Source of the DNA: Bdellovibrionia bacterium
Lineage (GTDB): Bacteria; Bdellovibrionota; Bdellovibrionia; Bdellovibrionales; JAGQZY01
DNA length: 64,000 nt
Direction of reading: 5' to 3'
Assembly (NCBI GenBank): GCA_030424715.1
Contig: JAUHWH010000004.1
Location: 32,437-96,436, forward strand
Below are positions 49,908 to 58,954 of the stretch, one piece after another. Under the pieces are notes generated by a model. The model made no database searches, was not told where the DNA came from, and saw only the letters and a program-made list of their open reading frames with translations. Positions within the stretch are counted from its first letter, which is position 1; each line of letters starts with the position of its first letter. The translations under genes and the position numbers were made by a program.

Positions 49908-50267
49908 ATGACGACTTCACTTCTCACGTATTTGGCATTCGCTATTGGTAGTGTCGCTTTTATAATAGGCCTCTTAGCCATGTTGTTACCGACCAAGATG
50001 AGCGAAGGATTTGGTATTGCAGTCTCAGGGGCGGGCGTTCACTACGTTCGAGCTTTAGGAGTTCGAGATGTCTTTGTGGGGCTCGTGGTATTATTGCTTG
50101 GGTATTACGAGCAATGGACATCTCTAGGCTACGTATGTATTGCCATAGCCATTGTCGCAGCCAGTGATTTTTATACAGTCTTTCGGTACGGCCAACGCCA
50201 AGCCAGTTTCGCGCACCTGGCAGGTTTTGTTTTAAGCCTGGTGTTCTCGGCAGTCTTTTTTTGGTGA
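49908..50267 (+). CDS. DUF4267-like small membrane protein
   Basis: Four hydrophobic helices. ...RALGVRDVFVGL... pattern. Confidence 0.5.
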   Translation: MTTSLLTYLAFAIGSVAFIIGLLAMLLPTKMSEGFGIAVSGAGVHYVRALGVRDVFVGLVVLLLGYYEQWTSLGYVCIAIAIVAASDFYTVFRYGQRQASFAHLAGFVLSLVFSAVFFW

Positions 50268-50718
50268 CCCACATCCCTTGTACCTAAACCTATCAATAGA
50301 GTTCACTATTCGGCCGAGTAGATCTCCGACGTCGTTTGGAGTGGCGGTAACCTCTGCGAAACGCCACGAAAGCCTACCCTAGAACTGAGCACCATAGGCC
50401 CTAGCTGTAAGAAACTAGAGAATAAGCGCCAGATTGACTGAAGCCAATTATCGTTTATTCAGGTTCAAAGCAAGTAAGTCATTTTCTCTGAAGAGGTAGA
50501 AGTGGCATTTCACGGCCAAGAAGGTTGATTTAATTGTATCGCAGCTGAGAGTTTGCTCTATTTTTGTCCGGAATTCGGAATACTCAGCCTAAGTAGTGGA
50601 AATTAGATAAGTTAGTGGGTGTAAAATTACCAATATAAAGTGTTTAAATTGACTCAAAAATGCATATTCCATACAAGAGGTCCCTATGAACCTTGAGATT
50701 AACAAAGGGAAATATTAG

Positions 50719-51024
50719 ATGAACAAATTTAAGAACACGATCTTGGCACTAGCTTTCGTTTTTTCGCACTCACCAGCCTTTGCTGAGATGTGCATTTTGG
50801 GTAAGCAAGAAATTGTTTTGGCTGACGACTTTATTGAGTCTTTGACACCTGAGCAAAGAAAGTATCTCGATGCCGCTTTGAAAAAAGCTCAAGCCGATCC
50901 TGAAATTGAGCTTGAATATCAGCCAGGATGGGAAGAGTTCGATCTTGATAGCCTCGAAGCTACGGCCTGTGGCACACTTTCAAGCAATACGAATCCGACA
51001 GCTTCCGCGGGCGAACATTTTTAG
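50719..51024 (+). CDS. Small secreted acidic protein with an S/T/C-rich C-terminal tail
   Basis: Signal peptide MNKFKNTILALAFVFSHSPAFA. Mature part of 78 aa ending ...LEATACGTLSSNTNPTASAGEHF. Confidence 0.5.
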   Translation: MNKFKNTILALAFVFSHSPAFAEMCILGKQEIVLADDFIESLTPEQRKYLDAALKKAQADPEIELEYQPGWEEFDLDSLEATACGTLSSNTNPTASAGEHF

Positions 51025-51047
51025 TCGTCCTTGCCCAAGTACGTACG

Positions 51048-52097
51048 ATGAACTTTCTTGGAGACGCCCATAATTTTGGACAAAAAGTTAACAGGGAAGA
51101 CGACATCGTCAAAAAGCCACGTCCCGTCTTTTGGGAGTGGCTTTTTTTAGATACGGAAAGTGAGTTAAGACAGCTTCTCTCAAAAAGATCTCGGTTAGTC
51201 AGTACAGAAGACCCATTTTTATCATTTCCAAATTTGAATGTTAAAGAAGCCCCTGGGCTTCATGGTTTTCCGGCGGGAGTCGTTGATTACTTTCAAACGA
51301 CTGTTCCGGAAAAATCAGCAATGACTGATTCGTTAGCGAAAGCTGTTGGAAGAGCGATAGGAGTTGCTCATTTTTTTGGTCTCAGTGACCTTCATATTGA
51401 AAACTTTGGTGTTTCACAAATTACAAATGGCTGTTTCTTCTTTCCATTGGATATCGAAGTTATATTCAATCGTCTCAAATTAGCTTCTCAAACCTATATT
51501 TTAGACAGCGTAAAGAATGAATCTAAGATTGTTGGTCTGTCTTTGATGAGAAACAAAAACTTAAATATAGCGGCAGTTATTAGTAGTTACCTGCTGACCA
51601 TAGAGTTTTTGAATACTAATTTGAAAGAAATTAACGATGTTCTCGTTAAGTTAAATGTGAAAAGTATACCGATCAGGTGTATTGTGAAGCCATCGATGGA
51701 GTATGCTGATTATCTCAGGACCGATAACATCGAGTCCTCGGTCTTTTACCCAGAGGAACTGGAGCAGCTCGAGAGAGGGGACATCCCCTATTTTTTTCAC
51801 TATCTGGGCGACTATAGCATTAGATATTTAACTAAGGATGGCGAGAAAGTTACGAGTTTTTCATGGGAAGATGTATTCAAAATGGATTTGATATCGGAAA
51901 GTCAAATTGAACAACCAGTGTCTGTAGTTGATGAAAATGCAATAAAAGCCTCGATTCTGCAGATAGCAAGAACTTTAGACACTACCGTTGAGAATGACTT
52001 TTCGTTTGAAGCCACAACTGTTTCGTTTCAGGGTGACTCAATTTTTATAAAGTGTGGAACGGGTTGGAAGCTGAAATGCCAAAGGATGTCAAAATAG
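51048..52097 (+). CDS. Stand-alone DUF4135 protein (LanM N-terminal kinase/dehydratase-like domain, no LanC cyclase domain)
   Basis: LGDAHNFGQKV...IVKKPRP; GLSDLHIENFGV...FFFPLDIEVIF; IRCIVKPSMEYADYL; ELEQLERGDIPYFF. These blocks parallel those of class II lanthipeptide synthetase N-domains. No signal peptide. Confidence 0.6.
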   Translation: MNFLGDAHNFGQKVNREDDIVKKPRPVFWEWLFLDTESELRQLLSKRSRLVSTEDPFLSFPNLNVKEAPGLHGFPAGVVDYFQTTVPEKSAMTDSLAKAVGRAIGVAHFFGLSDLHIENFGVSQITNGCFFFPLDIEVIFNRLKLASQTYILDSVKNESKIVGLSLMRNKNLNIAAVISSYLLTIEFLNTNLKEINDVLVKLNVKSIPIRCIVKPSMEYADYLRTDNIESSVFYPEELEQLERGDIPYFFHYLGDYSIRYLTKDGEKVTSFSWEDVFKMDLISESQIEQPVSVVDENAIKASILQIARTLDTTVENDFSFEATTVSFQGDSIFIKCGTGWKLKCQRMSK

Positions 52098-53566
52098 CTA
52101 GATCTGCCCTCGTGTTTTTTCTTTTCATCCAAGCAAATCTTTCGGTGGCTTCTTCCGAGTTAGGTGTTGCTATACCTTCCTATATTGAAACCTATGAACC
52201 GAGTAAAGGGTGGAGCTTTTACCAACGTTTTATTATGAATTGCGTGTATCAGCGACTTTTCTCAATTGACCAGTTCGGTCAGGTTGAAGGTGAGCTTGCC
52301 GAGAGCTGGTTCTTTTCAAAATCTGGTAAGACTCTTACCTTAACAGTGTCTGATAAAGCGCGCTTCAGCGATGGTTCACCGGTTACCCTTGATGATATAT
52401 TCCTGTCATTGTCAAAACCGTTTGCGACTCCCGAAGATAGTTATGTTAACAGAGTTCTCGGGCCAGCTATGGGCTTGAGGGCTCCATTAAAAGTGGGTGA
52501 GATTCTTCCCAATCTTAAGCGGTTGGGTGGCCGCAGTTTTGCGATTGAGATGCAGCAAGTCTACCTTCCACTTATTGATATTCTGGGTAGCTACCTTTTT
52601 CCTGTGATGAAAACTACGGATAACTTACTCGGTTCAGGACCTTACATAGCGAAAAAAGAGAGACGAGGCCTGTGGACCCTCTATACAAATCCCTTTCATC
52701 AGGAGGGTGCTAAAAAAATTAAGAAAATAAAAATTTTGACGGAATTCTCGCAAGAAAAAGTCCAAAAATTGATTCAAAACAAAGAGATACACTTTGCTAT
52801 GGGATTCCACCTTCGAGACCTCCAGGATCAAGAAGGGACCTTCACAATCAAAAAGGTTTTGAAAGCAGGTTACAATCATTTCTATTTCAACCTCGAGAGT
52901 AGGTCTCTAAAAGATAAAAGTTTTAGAGCTTATCTTGGGCATATACTTAAAGACGTAGCAAGAAACCATTACTCACGGTTTGAGGAGTTCGTGCCACGAT
53001 TGCTTCCTCGAGGGCTACTACCCCTCGCTTATCATTCGCAGACGGTTGCGGCCCCAAAAGTCACCTTGCAACAAACGAAACTAAATATGCCAAGGTCGCG
53101 GATTAAGCTTTTATTTGTTGGGCGACACTTTGCGGATGGATTCTTCGAAGAGCTTCAAGCAGCTTTAGATAAGTCAGGCATAGATGGGAATATTGAGATT
53201 TTAAAAGGACCAGAGTATAACAAAGTAATACAAGAGAGAAAATTTGATGTGATTTCTTACCCGGTGATTCCTTCTTATCATGATCCAGATGGTTATTTTG
53301 CTGACCCAACCTATTTTTCAATTTGTGGTGATAAAAGGACCTGCCCCTATAAAAAAATGCTTTTAGCGGCAAGGTATGTAAAAGACAAGACGAAAAGAAG
53401 CGACCTTTTTTCTAAACTTTTTCGTAAAATTGAGTCGGATTGGATTCTTGTGCCTGGCTTCAAGACATCTATTCCGATTGCTATTTCAAATGATTTGATT
53501 TTGCCTCCGATTAACTACCGTGATCAGGTGAAGCTTTGGAAAATGGAGTTCAGAAATGCAAAGTAG
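52076..53566 (+). CDS. Periplasmic solute-binding protein, family 5 (peptide/nickel-type)
   Basis: Signal peptide. ...GELAESWFFSKSGKTLTLTVSDKARFSDGSPVTLDDI..., typical of SBP_bac_5. Overlaps the upstream gene by 22 nt. Confidence 0.7.
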   Translation: MPKDVKIARSALVFFLFIQANLSVASSELGVAIPSYIETYEPSKGWSFYQRFIMNCVYQRLFSIDQFGQVEGELAESWFFSKSGKTLTLTVSDKARFSDGSPVTLDDIFLSLSKPFATPEDSYVNRVLGPAMGLRAPLKVGEILPNLKRLGGRSFAIEMQQVYLPLIDILGSYLFPVMKTTDNLLGSGPYIAKKERRGLWTLYTNPFHQEGAKKIKKIKILTEFSQEKVQKLIQNKEIHFAMGFHLRDLQDQEGTFTIKKVLKAGYNHFYFNLESRSLKDKSFRAYLGHILKDVARNHYSRFEEFVPRLLPRGLLPLAYHSQTVAAPKVTLQQTKLNMPRSRIKLLFVGRHFADGFFEELQAALDKSGIDGNIEILKGPEYNKVIQERKFDVISYPVIPSYHDPDGYFADPTYFSICGDKRTCPYKKMLLAARYVKDKTKRSDLFSKLFRKIESDWILVPGFKTSIPIAISNDLILPPINYRDQVKLWKMEFRNAK

Positions 53567-54908
53567 CACTCCAAATTTGAAAAATAAGATTATTCTCCCC
53601 ATCATAGTTTCGAGCTTGATTATCCTTTCTTTTTTCACGGTTGTTTTATTTTTTACCTTTAATGATAAGCTCCTTGAGATTTCCAGTAGACAATATGAGG
53701 CTACTCTAGAGGTTTTTTCCAGGTCCATCCGTGATAGTTTTCTTAGAGGGCTCGATGGAGAAGTAAACCAATACTGTCGACTTATCCTCGCTGATGAGAA
53801 TGTTTCTTATGTTTCCGTGACTCGTGCTGATGGTGGAAAGATTTGTGATCTCCGGGGCGATAGGCCTTATGATCAGGCGATTGTTTTAGAAAGAGATATT
53901 CGTTTTAAAAAAGGTGGCGAGTCAGCTGGAGTTGTGGAAGTGCATTTCAATAGTGCGTATTATGGGTTGTTGATTGTTTATTTGGCATTGTCTTTATTTC
54001 TCTCGTTGTTTCTTTCCGTTATTCTATTCTCTTTCTTTGGCTCTAAATTCATAAGTCAGCAGATCGAACCCTTCTCACACCTAGCCGATCGTCTTTTTAG
54101 AGGGAAGGTTGAGGAACTTCAGGAGATTAACAAGATGCCGGGGGCCAATAGAAATTTCGAAATCCGAAGCTTAACAGATGGGGTCTCTTTCTTGGCGAAC
54201 TCCTTTATTTCCTATCAAGGAGAGATGGTAAAGTCGGAACGCCTCGATGCGATCAATGAGTATTCGAGATTGATTGCTCACGATATTAAAGCGCCAATAG
54301 CAGGAATTAAAGCAGGGGTGGATCATTTTAAAGCAAAGCCAGAAGCTTCCTTGAGGTTAATCTCTAGGAGTCTTGAGCGTATTGAATTCATGGTTGAGAG
54401 AATCCTAGAAAAAAATAAAATTGATGGGATTAAGCCGGAGCTGGAGCTCGTAAACTTCCAGAGTTGGTTTTTCACCTTAGAAGCGCCGTCTTTTGACGAG
54501 CTGGGGTATGATGAATCTAAACTCGAATTTGAACTGGTTGGTGACAAGAATGATGTTCTTTGCTTAGTCGATAGAGATCTCTTACTGCGAGCGGTATTAA
54601 ACTTACTAAAAAACTCGAAGGAAGCTATAGAGTCCACGGTAAAACCAAAGGTTCATGTAAAGGCGACATTGTCAGAAAAAGTGGTTATGCTTGAGATTAG
54701 AGATAATGGGCCTGGTTTCCCAAAAGAAGTTCTTGAAAACGTGGGGTCTCAAGGACTTACAATCGGTAAAGAAGGTGGAAGTGGGCTTGGAATCTATCAG
54801 GTCAAGAGGTCTGTGGAAATCATGGGAGGCGTGTTCTCGATTTCCAATCCGGTGGCGGGAGGAGCTTTTGTGGAGATTCATTTGCCCGTAAATAGTGGGA
54901 GTTTATAG
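53556..54908 (+). CDS. Sensor histidine kinase (2 TM, ~130-aa periplasmic loop), with no cognate response regulator nearby
   Basis: H-box SRLIAHDIKAPIAGI. N-box LLKNSKEA. DNGPGF and GGSGLGIYQV ATP-lid motifs. Overlaps the binding-protein gene by 11 nt. Confidence 0.85.
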   Translation: MQSSTPNLKNKIILPIIVSSLIILSFFTVVLFFTFNDKLLEISSRQYEATLEVFSRSIRDSFLRGLDGEVNQYCRLILADENVSYVSVTRADGGKICDLRGDRPYDQAIVLERDIRFKKGGESAGVVEVHFNSAYYGLLIVYLALSLFLSLFLSVILFSFFGSKFISQQIEPFSHLADRLFRGKVEELQEINKMPGANRNFEIRSLTDGVSFLANSFISYQGEMVKSERLDAINEYSRLIAHDIKAPIAGIKAGVDHFKAKPEASLRLISRSLERIEFMVERILEKNKIDGIKPELELVNFQSWFFTLEAPSFDELGYDESKLEFELVGDKNDVLCLVDRDLLLRAVLNLLKNSKEAIESTVKPKVHVKATLSEKVVMLEIRDNGPGFPKEVLENVGSQGLTIGKEGGSGLGIYQVKRSVEIMGGVFSISNPVAGGAFVEIHLPVNSGSL

Positions 54909-57013
54909 TGTTGAGTTTTGCTAATTTTATGAAATGGATTTTCTTCTTATATGTTTCATGCCTTTTACTTTCTTGTTCCACTACGGATAGAGACTACAAG
55001 TATGAAGACAATTTCTCTTTTTTGGAGACGCCTGACGCTAAGACGCAAAATTTTATTAAAACTCACAATAGGATTGCCAAAGAGAGCTTACTGTCAGACC
55101 CTTCACGCTTAAAGGAGAACGAGAGTATACTTGTCTCTAGTCAAACCAATCCTCGTATGACATTCGTGGGCCCCTACGTCTTCAAACTTGAAAAAAACAA
55201 GAGAAATCCACGCGGAAGGCTTCTTTTTACAGCCATAGACAAAATAGGTCAGAGATCTTCAGTTTGGAAGTCTGCCATTGACTTCGACAGACTATCGGCG
55301 AAAGAGAAAATCAAATGGTCCTTTTCAAAAATTGATTGTCTGTTGCCGGAAGCCAATTCTTGCCTTGTCCATCTCTCTAAAGATGGTGGCGATAAGGTCG
55401 AGGTAAGAGAATTTGATCTTCGAAAAAGACGGTTTGTAAAGAAAGGCTTTCGAGTCCCTATTGGCTTTACGAAAACGGCCTGGATCAACCCCAGCCAGAT
55501 TATGGTTGCAACGAACGTTGGTGACGGTACTGTCGGCTCTGGGGGACTTGCCAACCAGGTCAGACTGATCAGTCGGGGACAAAAGCTTACTGCCGGCAAA
55601 ATCATTTTTGGTCTTCAACCAGATTATATTAGTCTTTATTTTCAGGGACACCCCTATAAAAATTCTCAGCTTGTCATCGGAAGTCAGTTCGCTTCAGAGA
55701 AGAAAAATGATTTTTGGGTCCTGACTTCAGCAGAGCCTCAAAAAATTCCCACGCCCAAGGCGTCTATCTTTTATGGAATTCACAATGACTACCTTGTCTT
55801 CCAATGTTGGACTCCTTGGTTAGTGGGCGCGAAGCGTTGTGGAAAAGGGGATTTGATCGGAATACATATCGATCAAGCGGGGAGTAAACAGGCCTCTGAA
55901 GATAAGGTTATTGTTTTGTACAAAGCTCGCCCTGAATCATCTATTTACAGCGTCGGAGTCAGCTCCAAGGGTATTCTTGTAAATTATCTCGAGAATGTGA
56001 TTGGGAAGATTGTGGGCGTAAAAATTGACTCCAATCAAAAAAAACAGTCGCTACGACTTCGACGACTGTCTGGACACCTGCGGCTTCAAGAAGTCGACTA
56101 CAGAAAGGGTCGTTTTTTAGTCGGCAGCCAAGATTACCTCAACCCCGCAAGGCTTTCTTTATTCGATATCGATGAAAACAAAGCCTCGATCGTAAAAACA
56201 CAAGAGGCAAGTTTTGATTCAAAGGGCATGACTTATCAACAGCTTTGGGCCACCGCACCTGACGGTGTAAAGATCCCTTATTTTGTTGTTGGAAAGAAGA
56301 AAGCTTTAGCTAGTGGAAATGCTCCGACCATTGTTTTCTCTTACGGAGGTTTTGGTATCACCTATACTCCAAAGTACGATTCGTTGTTGGGAAAGAACTG
56401 GCTTGAGAAAGGCGGTCTTTACGTCCAGGCTGGCATTCGTGGTGGTGGCGAATTTGGTCCAGATTGGCACAAAGCCGCGTTACGAGAGAAGCGGGTAGTG
56501 GCCTTTGATGATCTTATTGCCGTTTTAAAAGACCTTGTTATTCGTAAGCTGACCACTAAGTCTAAGCTTGGGGCCTACAGCGGTAGTAATGGGGGCTATC
56601 TCTTAGGTGGGGTTATGGTGCGTGAGCCGAATCTCTTGAAAGCTGTCGCTCTTAAGGTGCCCTTGTTCGACATGCTCAATTTTCATCGCTTTCTTGCAGG
56701 TTCGAGCTGGGTTAGCGAGTATGGAGATCCAAGAGTTTCAAAAGACCGAGCTTTTCTAGAAAGGCTTTCTCCATATCAAAACTTATCTAAAAAAGTGAAT
56801 TATCCATCGACGTTTGTTTATACCTCTTCATCAGATGATCGTGTCCATCCAAGCCATGCTCGCAAGATGGCCGCCAAATTATTAGACTACGGGAGCGAAG
56901 TCTATTTTTATGAAAGTCAGGAGGGTGGCCACGCTGGAGCAGCAACACTCAAACAACAGGCTTATTGGGAGACCATGATGTTTCAGTTTTTCCAGTTAAA
57001 GCTTGGTCTGTAA
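54908..57013 (+). CDS. Prolyl oligopeptidase (S9A) family serine peptidase, lipoprotein
   Basis: GTG start after GGGAG, overlapping the kinase stop by 1 nt. Lipobox SCLLLSCS. Beta-propeller N-domain. Catalytic GSNGGYL (Ser), SSDDRV (Asp) and EGGHAG (His). Confidence 0.85.
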   Translation: MLSFANFMKWIFFLYVSCLLLSCSTTDRDYKYEDNFSFLETPDAKTQNFIKTHNRIAKESLLSDPSRLKENESILVSSQTNPRMTFVGPYVFKLEKNKRNPRGRLLFTAIDKIGQRSSVWKSAIDFDRLSAKEKIKWSFSKIDCLLPEANSCLVHLSKDGGDKVEVREFDLRKRRFVKKGFRVPIGFTKTAWINPSQIMVATNVGDGTVGSGGLANQVRLISRGQKLTAGKIIFGLQPDYISLYFQGHPYKNSQLVIGSQFASEKKNDFWVLTSAEPQKIPTPKASIFYGIHNDYLVFQCWTPWLVGAKRCGKGDLIGIHIDQAGSKQASEDKVIVLYKARPESSIYSVGVSSKGILVNYLENVIGKIVGVKIDSNQKKQSLRLRRLSGHLRLQEVDYRKGRFLVGSQDYLNPARLSLFDIDENKASIVKTQEASFDSKGMTYQQLWATAPDGVKIPYFVVGKKKALASGNAPTIVFSYGGFGITYTPKYDSLLGKNWLEKGGLYVQAGIRGGGEFGPDWHKAALREKRVVAFDDLIAVLKDLVIRKLTTKSKLGAYSGSNGGYLLGGVMVREPNLLKAVALKVPLFDMLNFHRFLAGSSWVSEYGDPRVSKDRAFLERLSPYQNLSKKVNYPSTFVYTSSSDDRVHPSHARKMAAKLLDYGSEVYFYESQEGGHAGAATLKQQAYWETMMFQFFQLKLGL

Positions 57014-57183
57014 AATCTTATCAGTTACTGCGTAATCAGCTGGTCATAAATGCTCTGTCTTGCGCCGAGGATTCATATCAGCCGCTCGCTAGTAACCAGC
57101 CATGCCAGGCCTCCAGAACAACCGAGACTCCCGAGGTAAGCCCGGTCACCCCAAGCTACGCCGAGAATCTTACTCTAACCAAC

Positions 57184-57453
57184 TTAGGTACCGTGACATC
57201 CGCGACGGACTTCTGAGCGGTGCTTTAATTTTCGTAAGCCACTCCCCCCCCCCCAAGATTCTTTTGTGATAGGCACCTCGCCCGCCTGCAAAAGGTAGAA
57301 GGGGTTGTGTCCTAGTTCGTGAGCAAGCGAAATGGCGAGATCAAAATCACTAAATTCTGATTCTGGGCAGAGACTCATGGTAAGCAAACCAAGGGTAGAA
57401 TAATTACTTCCACCGCCACCGATATAGTGAGTTTGCTCTTGTTTTTTTAGCAA
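57184..57453 (-). pseudogene. Remnant of a reprolysin/adamalysin-like (M12B-type) zinc metalloprotease
   Basis: ...STLGLLTMSLCPESEFSDFDLAISLAHELGHN matches the (gl.....mC ... AHELGHN) layout, but the GxxH(D) third ligand is missing. There is no ATG or RBS. The ORF carries a G11 tract and is short in all frames. Confidence 0.4.
57244..57254. repeat. C11 (G11 on the minus strand) homopolymer tract
   Basis: Read directly from act-ccccccccccc-aag. Confidence 0.95.
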
Positions 57454-57489
57454 CCAAATGTCTGATAAGCAAAAGGTCCGCCAGTCAGG

Positions 57490-58620
57490 TTATCTATTGA
57501 GTTTAGAGCCCTCAAAAAGAATATAGTTCTCCGCGATAGAAGGAGCCAACCTTTCTACCAGCCACTCATAAACATGTTGAGGTGGGTGAATATCAAAGTA
57601 CTCGTCTCCTGGGCGCTGATCACAAATGGAGTAGTTTCTGACATTGGGGCAATCAGACCCATTGGAACATCGTTGCTTTTGTCGTTCTTCCTTGCAGTAT
57701 TTTTTACCAATGGTATCCAACCGAAGCCAGGGAATGTCAGGATACTCCTCAACCACTTTCAGCCACTCACGTCGACTGATTTCCTGGGCGTAGGCCGAGA
57801 ACAGTGCGTGAATTTTGTGCATGCAAAACAACTTTGTATTTCTCTTCTCACAGCTAGCTCTGCGACTTCTTATAATGTTACGATTTATCATTAGCCAAAA
57901 GTATCGATAGAAGGCGCTCCTTAATACAAAAAACCGATGCCAAATTGGATATTCATCCCCTCGCTTGATAAGCAAAGGAATACTCTCGAGCCAAAGATCC
58001 CTATTTCTTTTCAAACGAACATTATATTCCTCATCGCGATAAAAAAAGGCCCTCCTGCCGGAGTTTGCATCCTGAACAATAACCAGGTCTGGGGCCAGAC
58101 GTGGAATCAGCTCTCTTGCATACGCTACTTTCTGAGACATCACATAGGCACTAAGTCCGGCATTCCAAACTTCGACTTTCTTCTTTAGCTTCATTTCATT
58201 TAATTTCTTTTCAAGCAGAGCGGGATAAGTCCCGTCATCGGAAACAGAGACTCCAAAAGTATTTGAGCCTCCAAGAACTAATATCCTATAAACATTTTCA
58301 GCTTTGACAAGAGAGTGACGACGACCGCGAAATCCAAATTCGTTCACACTAAGCTCGATATCACCCGTAATCACCTCGTCTTTATGTCGACAATTCTGCG
58401 TACAAATAGCTTTCGATTGAGGAATCAATTCATACACTCGCTCTGCGTTTTCAGACGGCCGGTAAAGCTCCACGCCTCCCTTGTAAGAAAAATCACCTTC
58501 AACAAAATAGGCTGTTGGCCAAAACTCTTTAACATCGAGATCTGTCGCTCTAATAACGATTTCTAGTGTCGCAAGGGATACAATAAATCCCACAAGAGTC
58601 AGAACAATTTTTCTAAACAT
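57490..58620 (-). CDS. SGNH/GDSL-like hydrolase with N-terminal membrane anchor
   Basis: Block I ILVLGGSNTFG. Block III VWNAGLS. Block V YFDIHPPQHVYEW. N-terminal TM helix. Confidence 0.55.
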   Translation of the reverse strand: MFRKIVLTLVGFIVSLATLEIVIRATDLDVKEFWPTAYFVEGDFSYKGGVELYRPSENAERVYELIPQSKAICTQNCRHKDEVITGDIELSVNEFGFRGRRHSLVKAENVYRILVLGGSNTFGVSVSDDGTYPALLEKKLNEMKLKKKVEVWNAGLSAYVMSQKVAYARELIPRLAPDLVIVQDANSGRRAFFYRDEEYNVRLKRNRDLWLESIPLLIKRGDEYPIWHRFFVLRSAFYRYFWLMINRNIIRSRRASCEKRNTKLFCMHKIHALFSAYAQEISRREWLKVVEEYPDIPWLRLDTIGKKYCKEERQKQRCSNGSDCPNVRNYSICDQRPGDEYFDIHPPQHVYEWLVERLAPSIAENYILFEGSKLNR

Positions 58621-58954
58621 CGTTTAAATTCGCAAGTGGCGCTACATCACAACGTAGTGAGATGAGTCGATTAAACAAACTATTCATTTTTTGTTTCTCC
58701 CGCAGAAATTCTACCAATTTTAAGTCCGAAACTCAAAAAAAATGTCAACACTATTTGTCTAACTGACCTGCCCGGGCTAACTGGGTCTACTAACAACTAC
58801 TTGGTTCGCTGGGTGCGCCGATTTTAGGTTGGCTTAGTCGAAGTCGGGTTAGATTCTAAAATTAAGTGATGCTAAAATCCAGTGAGCCAGTCCGGACACA
58901 TTCTCCAGTGGGGACTCAGCATGGGGAGAGGGGATCAATTGAAACTCTTTGTTT

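Noticed and set aside
50655-50718. Tiny ORFs MHIPYKRSL and MNLEINKGKY just upstream of the 50719 gene, considered as possible RiPP precursors or leader peptides.
   Set aside because: They are only 9-10 codons long, have no RBS and contain no Ser/Thr/Cys-rich core. Most likely they are chance ORFs in an AT-rich promoter region.
57453-57492. The TAA stop of the SGNH gene (57492-57490) is in the same frame as the downstream HExxH fragment, with 12 open codons between. This could indicate stop-codon readthrough or a split gene.
   Set aside because: The SGNH domain is already complete (block V DIHPPQH lies near its C-terminus). The downstream piece belongs to an unrelated protease family. The same frame occurs by chance one time in three.
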